Virus record (IMG/VR): IMGVR_UViG_3300034088_000032
Coordinates: 347-64,346 of that record
Length of the DNA: 64,000 nucleotides
Direction: 5' to 3' (one strand)
Origin: a virus
Part shown: positions 56,593 through 64,000 of the stretch, piece by piece
Layout: the number at the start of each line of letters is the position of its first letter
Position numbering within the stretch: the stretch's first letter is position 1
Notes under the pieces: generated by a model
Seen by the model: only the letters and a program-made list of their open reading frames with translations
The model's database searches: none
What the model was told of the DNA's origin: nothing
Program-made: the position numbers and the translations under genes

Positions 56593-57477
56593 ATGAGCGA
56601 TGGTACCGACGTCGAGTGGACCCACCGACCCGGGACACGAGCCGCGTCCCGGAATCCCGTGACCGGTTGCGACCAGATATCACCAGGTTGCGACAACTGT
56701 TATGCCCTGACCATGGCCCGCCGGTTGCAGGCCATGGGCTCGGCGAAGTATCAGGCCGACGGTGACCAGCGGACCAGCGGCCCAGGGTTCGGCGTCACCT
56801 GCCACCCTGGCGAACTGGCCAGCATGCTCCGCACGCTGGGCCGGTCCCGGTGGACAGTGTTCCTGCCCAGCATGGGCGACCTCGGCCACCCACGAGTCCC
56901 CCGGCCGTTTCTCGCCGCGACGCTCGCGACCATGGCCGCCTTGCCGAACTGCACGTTCATCTCACCGACCAAACGACCGGGCCGTCTGGCCCTGGCATTC
57001 AACGACCAGCAGTTCGTCGCCGAGGTCGCCCAGGCCGGTACCGGCCCGGTCAAGGTCGACGGCCTCGCCGCGCGGATGCCCGACCAACTGGTCTGGCCCC
57101 TGCCGAACTTGGAGATCGGCACGAGCGTGGAGTCGGACAGGTACGCGCGTCGCCGGGTCGACCAGCTCCGCGCGACGCCGGCCGCGTTGCGGTTCATCTC
57201 CGCAGAGCCGCTACTCGGCCCATTACACCTGGACCTCACCGGAATCGACTGGCTGATAGTCGGCGGCGAGTCCGGCCCGGGGGCGAGGCCGATGGAATTG
57301 AGCTGGGCGCTCGATCTGGTCGAGTCGGCGCGGGCCGCCGGCGTACCGGTGTTCATCAAACAGTTGGGCACCGTATGGGCCGCAGGCCACGGCAAGGGCA
57401 ACCGTCCCGAGGAGTGGCCTGAGAACCTTCGTATCCGTGAGTTCCCACCCGCTGCCCAGACCACACCGGAGGAGTGA
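56593..57477 (+). CDS. DUF5131 (gp37/gp68) radical-SAM-like protein
   Basis: VEWT, NPVTGC..ISPGCDNCYA, SMGDL, TKRP, EPLLGP, W.IVGGESG..ARPM, F.KQ.G. Confidence 0.92.
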   Translation: MSDGTDVEWTHRPGTRAASRNPVTGCDQISPGCDNCYALTMARRLQAMGSAKYQADGDQRTSGPGFGVTCHPGELASMLRTLGRSRWTVFLPSMGDLGHPRVPRPFLAATLATMAALPNCTFISPTKRPGRLALAFNDQQFVAEVAQAGTGPVKVDGLAARMPDQLVWPLPNLEIGTSVESDRYARRRVDQLRATPAALRFISAEPLLGPLHLDLTGIDWLIVGGESGPGARPMELSWALDLVESARAAGVPVFIKQLGTVWAAGHGKGNRPEEWPENLRIREFPPAAQTTPEE

Positions 57478-57875
57478 GCATGTCCGACATCGACACCGCA
57501 CGTAACGAATTGAGCCGTACCGATCACAAGGCCAGCACCATGCTGTCACTGGCGCTCGCGCTGCTGGCGGTCGGGTTGACCATCGGCGCCCGGGGGCGGC
57601 TGCACCTGGCCGTCATCATCGCCCTGTGGACCGCCGTGGCCGCACTCGTCGTCATGGTGATCGTATTGACGGCTGCCATCCGCCCCCGCCTCGACGGCGA
57701 CAACGGCATCGTCGCGTGGGCGCGCGGTGAGCGCAGCGACGAAGAGCAGGCCCTGGTGTGGGTCTCGCAGGCAGCGCTCAGGAAGCACCGCCTGATCTAC
57801 CACTCGATCACCTGCCTGTGGTTCGCCCTGGCTGCGGCCAGCGTCGCAGCGATCCTGTCCGCGGTACTGGCCTGA
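57474..57875 (+). CDS. Pycsar effector-family (PycTM/DUF5706-like) membrane protein
   Basis: EL.RTD.KAS.ML, AIRPRL, S..A..KH....; three TM helices. Confidence 0.75.
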   Translation: MSMSDIDTARNELSRTDHKASTMLSLALALLAVGLTIGARGRLHLAVIIALWTAVAALVVMVIVLTAAIRPRLDGDNGIVAWARGERSDEEQALVWVSQAALRKHRLIYHSITCLWFALAAASVAAILSAVLA

Positions 57876-57941
57876 CATCCATCGATGCAAGTCTCAGGAT
57901 GCCCGGTGCGGGAAGCACCGGGCATCTGTCATGCTGTGTCC

Positions 57942-58343
57942 ATGACCCATCTCGCGATCAAGCCTGGCGCGGTCGCTGAACCCGCTGTGCAGGTCGTCGA
58001 GCAGATCGGACAGTTCTACCAGTGGGCGCTCCGGCGTCCCGACGACCCGGTCGCCGGTGGGGTGATCGCAGCCGTCCGCTGGCTGACCGGCCGGCGGGGT
58101 ACCGGGCCGATGACGGACCGGCCGACCCCGAACTGCCTCGTATCGGTGCAGGCCGAATACGCGTACGCCATGGGTGCATCGCGCCGGCCCGGGTCGACGT
58201 CACGACGAGCGACCGGTGCGGCGTTGGTGCTGGCAGTGGCAAGCGGGGACCTGGGGATGGTGCCGACGCTGCTCGCGGCGATCGGGCCAGGGGCCCCGCT
58301 TGAGTCCTCGATCACTTACCACTGTGCTACCGGACCACGCTAG
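57942..58343 (+). CDS. Hypothetical protein
   Basis: GV.AA..WLTG....PMT. Confidence 0.55.
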   Translation: MTHLAIKPGAVAEPAVQVVEQIGQFYQWALRRPDDPVAGGVIAAVRWLTGRRGTGPMTDRPTPNCLVSVQAEYAYAMGASRRPGSTSRRATGAALVLAVASGDLGMVPTLLAAIGPGAPLESSITYHCATGPR

Positions 58344-58357
58344 TATAGTATGGCATT

Positions 58358-58723
58358 ATGACTCGCCGAACCGGAGCTCCATTCGAGCCCACCACCACCG
58401 GCCTACGTACGTGGCTGGACAGCATCCCTGCCGACCAGCGGGTCGAGCTGTGCATGTTCCTCGTCTCGACCGACGCGCGGTCGGTGGTCGCTGACCAGAT
58501 CGACGCCGCCGTCGCCCAGCTCGTCGAGCACTCCACGTACCTCGACGTCGCCCTGCGGTTCAAGTGGTCCAAGTCCAACGTGCAGCGCCGGGTGACCCGG
58601 TACCGCGCCCGCACCGGGCAGAAACGCCCGCCCCGGACACGACGCTCCGACCAGGCCGACACCACGACGAAGCCCGGCCGTCCCGCGGGCGCCGAACGCA
58701 CGCCATCGTTCGTGGCCCCCTGA
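58358..58723 (+). CDS. HTH protein preceded by its own class B operator (candidate repressor)
   Basis: TYLDVALRFKWSKSNVQRRV; TAGTAT-6-ATG. Confidence 0.65.
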   Translation: MTRRTGAPFEPTTTGLRTWLDSIPADQRVELCMFLVSTDARSVVADQIDAAVAQLVEHSTYLDVALRFKWSKSNVQRRVTRYRARTGQKRPPRTRRSDQADTTTKPGRPAGAERTPSFVAP

Positions 58724-58746
58724 CTGGTCTACTCCGGCCGGCGGTA

Positions 58747-58788
58747 ACGAGTGAGCCCCATGCACCGCGGTGCATGGGGCTCACTCGT
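58747..58788. repeat. Perfect 42-bp palindrome at a convergent junction
   Basis: ACGAGTGAGCCCCATGCACCG|CGGTGCATGGGGCTCACTCGT. Confidence 0.9.
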
Positions 58789-58796
58789 CGTACGGC

Positions 58797-59573
58797 TTAG
58801 ATCGTCTCGGCACGTTCAGCCTGGACTGCACCGACTGTCGGAGCTGGTGCCTGCCTCTGCCCGTGCGTCGACGCCCACCACGCGGCGACGTCCTCGAGGT
58901 GGTCGCTGCCACCAGGCACCCGCGGCGGCGCGTACGCGAACGAGCCGTCGGCCCGGTGGTCAGCCAACGTGCAACCCCCGAGCCCCTTCGCCAGGCGGTA
59001 TACGGTGTTCGGACGCCACCGGTCCAACCACTCCTCGACCCTGGTCGGATCGGAAGTCTTGCCGGTGTACGCGTGCTTCCACGACTGCCAGACACCGAGC
59101 AGTTCCGACACCGCCCACGGGTGGTACGCCCAACAGTGCGGTAGGGACGAGTCCGGATACCGCGCCCACACCTGCGCGATCCACTCCGCCAGGCCGTCGA
59201 GCAGGCGGCGGGACTGCTCGACGTCGTCGATCGTCAGCCACGACGGCTGGCCCTTGGGCTTCTTCTCGTCGTCTGCGGTCAGGGCTGCGATGGCCTCCTC
59301 GACCTCGGCTCGCCACGTGCCGTACCCGTCGAGATGGGCGCCCATCGCCTCGGCGAGTTTCGCCACATCCTCACGGGTGTGGCCGGCGGCGGTCGCCGCG
59401 GCTGACGCCTGCGCCGATGCCTGGTCGACGTCGCCGCGCATGTCGTTGATATCGCGGCCGATCACGTTCAGGGTCGCGCGGATACCGCGCAGCTGCTCGG
59501 GGGTGTCGTCGCCCCGGGGCCGGCGTTTACCGACGCCGGCCGCGCCCGGGAGTTGCTGCTGTTCGTCGCTCAT
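58797..59573 (-). CDS. DUF4913-like protein with N-terminal coiled coil
   Basis: L.EW...VW..Y, PHCWAYHPWAV.EL..VW..W..AY, W..RW. Confidence 0.7.
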   Translation of the reverse strand: MSDEQQQLPGAAGVGKRRPRGDDTPEQLRGIRATLNVIGRDINDMRGDVDQASAQASAAATAAGHTREDVAKLAEAMGAHLDGYGTWRAEVEEAIAALTADDEKKPKGQPSWLTIDDVEQSRRLLDGLAEWIAQVWARYPDSSLPHCWAYHPWAVSELLGVWQSWKHAYTGKTSDPTRVEEWLDRWRPNTVYRLAKGLGGCTLADHRADGSFAYAPPRVPGGSDHLEDVAAWWASTHGQRQAPAPTVGAVQAERAETI

Positions 59574-61249
59574 GCGTCCTCGCCGCCTGCATCGCGGGTG
59601 TCCTCGTCGAGTTCGGTCGCCGTCTCGAACGCCGTCTCGATCGTTGGACGCCATGGTGATCGTTTCATCGCCCGCTTGATGTCGCGACGCTTCCACGCCA
59701 TGCGGGTACGGACCAGGCAGGCGGGCATGCCTCGTGTGATCAGCATGGCGTGACCGGTGGGAAGGTTCGCGATCTGCGCGGTCGAGAGGACCGGCACCGC
59801 CCTGTGCGTCGACGAGATCACCCGGCCGCCCTTGTCCCTGGTCTCGACGACCTCCCGGCGTTCACCTGACAACTTGGAGAATGCGTCCAGGTCGGACGGG
59901 TCACGTGCCGCGCCGTACACGACGATCGAGGCAGCATTGTTCATGATCGTCCCTGCGCCCTCGTCGCCCCACCGTTGACGGAGTTGACTTCGTCCTTGCA
60001 CAGATATGACGATCTTGATGCATCGTCCGCCCATGTCGGCCGTCCACTGGTCCAGTGGCACCGGACAGACCAGCGCGGCTTCGTCGAGTGCGATCAGCAG
60101 CGACGGGTCGAGCCGCTCGCTTGCCTGGTCCGCCGCAAGGGCGTGCGCGGCTCGGGCGATTTCGGCCGTGAACGCCGCGACCAGCGCGGCCGTGGCACCG
60201 TCCTCCTTGCCGAGCAGGTACATCGTCCCCTTGTCCGCGATGAACTGCCTGACGTCGAACGGGTCGCCACCGACGACATCTGCGAGGGCCGCGGCCCTTG
60301 GGTCGAGGAGCCAACGCATGGCGGGCATCATAGTCGTGGTGATCGATGTCTTCGTCTTGTCGTTCGTCGTGAAGAACTGCATGCATGCGGCCTGCATGGC
60401 CTGTGCCTCCGGCGACTCCCGCAGCGCGTTATGGACCTCACGTGCTGACGCCTCGGTTGGGTTCGAGATCCACTGGTGGACCCTCGACATCGGCCGGTCG
60501 GCCATCGCCGCAGCGTGCAGCATCATGGCCAGAGCCCCCCGGGCCTGAACATCCCACCGTTCCGCCTCCGGGCTGTTCGCCGTCGGGATCATGTCGGCCG
60601 CCCTCGTCTGCGCGACCGACGGCACCTTGCAGCCCGCCAGAGGTGACCACTTCACTGTGGACGCCAGGCGTCCGAGCCCGGTCGGGTTGAACACGTGAAT
60701 CGGACCTACGTGCTGCCTCGTGGGGGCGGTCAGCTTGATGAGGTCGGTCCGCGTACTGGTGACGATCGCCGCGCCAGGCGCGTCGACGATCAGCCCAGCG
60801 ATCGCGCCCGTCTTGCCTGTCCGCGGTCCGCCGACAAACAACACCGTGTCCTCGACCGACGTCATGACCCGCCGGCGCCCATCACGCGCCAGCTCGTACG
60901 AGTAGTCGGTGACCGGGTGTCTGAGGAGTTCGTACCGACTGAGGCCGGCGAGCGATGGCTTGAGCTGCTGCGCACGGCGACGCATCGCCCGGACCGAGGT
61001 GACCTTCTCGTGGTTGATCCACGAGGCCGTCCCGCCGTTCCGGTTCGACGTGTGCTCCCACCTGGCCAAGAGCGCGTTCGTCGAGTTGCGGCGCATGTAC
61101 CAGAGCACAGGACGGCCAACCGTCCAGGCGGCCCCGCCCATCGTCAGGGGTACACCGATCTCGGGCCGGTACGACGACAGGACCAGGCCGAGCGACGCGG
61201 CGCCCGCCCCCACACCTGCACTGCTGAAAGGGAACCTGTATCCGCTCAT
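59570..61249 (-). CDS. Type IV coupling protein (VirD4/TraG-TraD family)
   Basis: N-terminal TMs; Walker A GGPRTGKT, TSTRTD, VFNP.G, WSPL.GC, LDEAA..CPVPL, QGRSQL..RWG. Confidence 0.9.
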   Translation of the reverse strand: MSGYRFPFSSAGVGAGAASLGLVLSSYRPEIGVPLTMGGAAWTVGRPVLWYMRRNSTNALLARWEHTSNRNGGTASWINHEKVTSVRAMRRRAQQLKPSLAGLSRYELLRHPVTDYSYELARDGRRRVMTSVEDTVLFVGGPRTGKTGAIAGLIVDAPGAAIVTSTRTDLIKLTAPTRQHVGPIHVFNPTGLGRLASTVKWSPLAGCKVPSVAQTRAADMIPTANSPEAERWDVQARGALAMMLHAAAMADRPMSRVHQWISNPTEASAREVHNALRESPEAQAMQAACMQFFTTNDKTKTSITTTMMPAMRWLLDPRAAALADVVGGDPFDVRQFIADKGTMYLLGKEDGATAALVAAFTAEIARAAHALAADQASERLDPSLLIALDEAALVCPVPLDQWTADMGGRCIKIVISVQGRSQLRQRWGDEGAGTIMNNAASIVVYGAARDPSDLDAFSKLSGERREVVETRDKGGRVISSTHRAVPVLSTAQIANLPTGHAMLITRGMPACLVRTRMAWKRRDIKRAMKRSPWRPTIETAFETATELDEDTRDAGGEDA

Positions 61250-61749
61250 GGGCGGGTGCCTCCTTGAGGAACGGTCATGCCGTCGACGACACGCCGGGGG
61301 ATGTTGGGCAGCGCGTACCGGGTGGGCCCGGCAACCGGCTGCGGCAGGTGACGGAGCCTCAGCTCCGCCAGCAGCGCGCCGACCGCATCCGCGGTCACCA
61401 CGGGCAGGTACGCCGCCTGCTCGAACGCGTGGCGCTCGTCAATACCGTCGATGTCGACGGCCACACGCAGCTCGATCCACGGCCTGCGGTGCACGGCGGC
61501 TACCCTGGTAGCGACGAGACGTCCCCAGTCGAGTACCCAGGTCGTCGCCGGCGACCGGTGCTGGCCTGTCGGATACCCGTACCGCGCGGTGCACGTGTGA
61601 TCCGAGGCGCACCAGTCCGGGCAACGGCGCGCTGCCCGACGCCAGCGACGTCCGGTCGAGGCACCTTCCCGACGGACCTCGTCACGTACATCAGCGAGCA
61701 CCTGTTGCAGGATCCGGATAACCCGGGGGGTGCCGATACGATGCCACAT
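61246..61749 (-). CDS. Hypothetical protein with CPxWC..H..C..H motif
   Basis: CPDWCASDHTC..GQHRS; ATGA overlap with the coupling-protein gene. Confidence 0.6.
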   Translation of the reverse strand: MWHRIGTPRVIRILQQVLADVRDEVRREGASTGRRWRRAARRCPDWCASDHTCTARYGYPTGQHRSPATTWVLDWGRLVATRVAAVHRRPWIELRVAVDIDGIDERHAFEQAAYLPVVTADAVGALLAELRLRHLPQPVAGPTRYALPNIPRRVVDGMTVPQGGTRP

Positions 61750-61827
61750 GCTGCCCTGTCCTCCGATCGGGTAGTGGCGCCCCTGGCCGTGGTCACGGCA
61801 CATGCTCGCGGCCGGGGGTCCAGCCGG

Positions 61828-62142
61828 TCAGGTCTGTCGTCTGACCGGTCGTGGGCCCGGCCTGCGAGGCGGCAGCCCGGCCTCTCGGCACAGGCTGGCC
61901 ACGGTCCGGCCGTTGTACGGCCGGTTCACCAGCTCGTGTGGGTCGACTCCGAGTCCGAGGGCATGGATGACCAGCGGTGCGGCGTGGGCGGCGATGAGCG
62001 CACGCGCCAGAGTCACCGACTGGTGTAGGACGGTCACAGCGTCGAGCATCGCCAATGTCCCCGCCCTGTCGTGCGGCGGCGGCGCGCTGAGCTGGGCAGC
62101 CAGACGCTCTGCCTCAACTCGTATTGATGTCGCGAGATCCAT
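61828..62142 (-). CDS. Hypothetical protein, possible HTH
   Basis: PY...TV..L.REAGLPP. Confidence 0.5.
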   Translation of the reverse strand: MDLATSIRVEAERLAAQLSAPPPHDRAGTLAMLDAVTVLHQSVTLARALIAAHAAPLVIHALGLGVDPHELVNRPYNGRTVASLCREAGLPPRRPGPRPVRRQT

Positions 62143-62388
62143 GGGCCCGAGCGTACGCGAGTTATGCGGGTGGTGCAAGAATCGGCCCCGGGGCTAGTCC
62201 CTGGTACGGTTGCGTATCTACCTCGTCAACCGGTAACGTAGTCCGTACACGTCCATGAACACCATCCCCGTGTACGACGAAGGCCCCGGCGAGGATCCCC
62301 ACCCCCGCCGGGGCCGACCACGACGGAGGCACCCGTCATGACCAATCATGCAGCACAACCCCACTACCCCGGCACCAGGTGACCGACG

Positions 62389-62574
62389 ATGTGGGGCCGA
62401 CAGACCAGCCAACGCCCGGCACGACTCTCCCCGGCCGACCTGGCCGAGGTCGCAGCGAACACAGCAGCGACCAGCGACCAGGACGACGCAGCCGACTACC
62501 ACGAAGGCACCCCATACGGCGGCACCGCGTGGTGGGAGCGAGCGGACACAGACGACGACTCGGACGGAACGTGA
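62389..62574 (+). CDS. 61-aa acidic peptide (paralog of 26730-26909)
   Basis: AGGTGA RBS; DQDDAADYHEGTPYGGTAWWE. Confidence 0.65.
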   Translation: MWGRQTSQRPARLSPADLAEVAANTAATSDQDDAADYHEGTPYGGTAWWERADTDDDSDGT

Positions 62575-62579
62575 TCTAG

Positions 62580-64000
62580 ATGAAGCAGTTCAACCTGCTC
62601 CTCGACTGGGGAGGTGACGTCTGGGACCGGCACGGCGACCTGATCCTCCTCGGGATCGGGCTCGTCGCCCTGGTCGCCGTGTGCGTCGCCTTCGGCCTGT
62701 TCCTCAAGGCCAAGGACAAAGGCGACGTCACCGCTAAGATCTCCGCGCTCGTCATCATGGCCTGGACGTCAGAAGGCGTATTCACGACCGCCTACGGCGT
62801 GTGGGACCTGCCCATCGCCTTCGTCGCCGCGACGTTCTTCGTCTTCGAGACGATGTACGCCGCAGCCTGGTTCAAGGCCGAGGCCAGCCGTAAGAGCATC
62901 GGCAGCCCAGGCCCGGCCGGCTGGTACATGTTCGTCATCGGCGCGTTCCAGGGCGGTGTCGCCGCAGCCGGCGCCACCATGGTCTCCCTGGGTGTGATGC
63001 GGGTCGTCCTGCCGGTGCTGTCGCTCGGCATGATGCTGATCTTCATGATCGCTCCGCGTGACAGCGACAGCGAGGACATCCGGACCAATCGCGCCACGCG
63101 GGCACGTCTCCGCGCCGCAACCTGGGCAATCACCCCGTCCCTGCTCCTGATCCGCATCGGCTGGATGGTCGCGGGCGAGGGGACCTCGGCGACCACGGCC
63201 CAGCTCAAAAGGGCGATCAACCGCATGGTCGCGGCGGCCGACACGATCGCGGTCTACGGCAGGCCGACAGGCCGCGGATCACGCAAGGTCCGTCGGGCCC
63301 GACGGCGCCTGCGTGTGATCATGCGGACTGCGACTCCCGCGATGATCGAGGAAGCCCGGCGGCTCGCTCTCCAGGCCTCCGCCGCGGAGATCCTGATCGT
63401 CCCGTCAACGACCACGATCGAAGCACTCCGGAACCACCTGGCTGAACACCCGGAAGCCGCTCTCGACCCGCTCCGGGTCGACGCTCAGGTCACCGACCTG
63501 GTCGCACCCCTCGACACTGAGGTCACCGACCTGGTCGCACCACCGACCGACCCGGTCGCGCTCGGGTCGGGCAGCCCGGCAACCCAACCGTCAAGGATCA
63601 ACGGGTTCGCAGGCACCTTCGTCGAGGACCCCGACCACACCCCCGACCAGAGCGACCCGGTCGCCCACGCAGACGACCAGGTCGACGACGACGACGAGGC
63701 CGGCGGTCCTGATGTGACCGCACGTCCCCAGGACGATCAGCTGCTCCTCGCCTGGTACCGCGACCAGCTGACCAGCGAGTTCGCAGCGGCAGTGTCCGAC
63801 ACCACCGGGAAAGCGAAGGTCACCGCGTACAAGGTCGGCCAGCTCGCCAGGGTCGACCGTCGCCAGGCCGAGCGGCTCATATCGACCGTAGCGGTCGATG
63901 TATTCCTCTCCCCACTCACCGCACTCGACGAGGCAGGCAACCTGACCCCGTCCGAGGTCGCACGTCTCTGCCGGGTCGCGAACGGACCCGCAGATCTGAT
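62580..64000 (+). CDS. SpdB/KilB-like multi-TM protein with C-terminal HTH (runs off the window)
   Basis: Open frame from ATG 62580: 4-5 TM helices, basic region, Pro/Asp linker, VTAYKVGQLARVDRRQAERL. Confidence 0.65.
   Translation, partial: MKQFNLLLDWGGDVWDRHGDLILLGIGLVALVAVCVAFGLFLKAKDKGDVTAKISALVIMAWTSEGVFTTAYGVWDLPIAFVAATFFVFETMYAAAWFKAEASRKSIGSPGPAGWYMFVIGAFQGGVAAAGATMVSLGVMRVVLPVLSLGMMLIFMIAPRDSDSEDIRTNRATRARLRAATWAITPSLLLIRIGWMVAGEGTSATTAQLKRAINRMVAAADTIAVYGRPTGRGSRKVRRARRRLRVIMRTATPAMIEEARRLALQASAAEILIVPSTTTIEALRNHLAEHPEAALDPLRVDAQVTDLVAPLDTEVTDLVAPPTDPVALGSGSPATQPSRINGFAGTFVEDPDHTPDQSDPVAHADDQVDDDDEAGGPDVTARPQDDQLLLAWYRDQLTSEFAAAVSDTTGKAKVTAYKVGQLARVDRRQAERLISTVAVDVFLSPLTALDEAGNLTPSEVARLCRVANGPADL

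Noticed and set aside
1-64000. tRNA, rRNA, IS transposase, reverse transcriptase/DGR, tape measure gene
   Set aside because: None recognised by eye; the tape measure gene probably lies left of the window; tRNAscan and HMM searches were not run

Overview
High-GC (~70%) actinobacterial tailed phage or phage-plasmid-like element, with no host housekeeping genes. SsgA, LPXTG and Spd-type genes suggest a filamentous actinomycete host. (1) 1-26.5 kb, minus strand: a cluster-B/Rosebush-like virion module with tail chaperones, HK97-gp10, adaptor, major tail, separate hexamer and pentamer capsid proteins, protease, MuF, portal and TerL/TerS. It is interrupted by five glycosyltransferases plus a methyltransferase, and by a 7-deazaguanine locus collapsed by a dpdA-to-queE deletion. 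It also holds an amidase, a holin and a sortase-anchored protein. (2) 26.5-37 kb and 48-58.7 kb: arrays of small genes driven by two promoter families, seven TACAGT/TACACT leaderless promoters and eleven TAGTAT promoters embedded in a shared 19-bp palindromic operator. (3) 37-46.9 kb: replication and recombination, with a Cre-like recombinase lacking its catalytic His and Tyr, a DEDD exonuclease, a Cas4-like nuclease, Rad52/Sak, and an initiator with internal iterons and a perfect DnaA box. (4) 47-48.3 kb: a translationally coupled diguanylate cyclase-SsgA operon. (5) 57.5-64 kb: an orphan Pycsar-effector-like membrane protein and actinomycete conjugation-type genes (VirD4/TraG coupling protein, DUF4913-like, SpdB-like). 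The best candidate for a new system is a virion-forming and possibly conjugative element carrying a c-di-GMP/SsgA module that could steer host development. All family assignments come from motif recognition by eye, not from database searches. Several single-base deletions may be sequencing errors.
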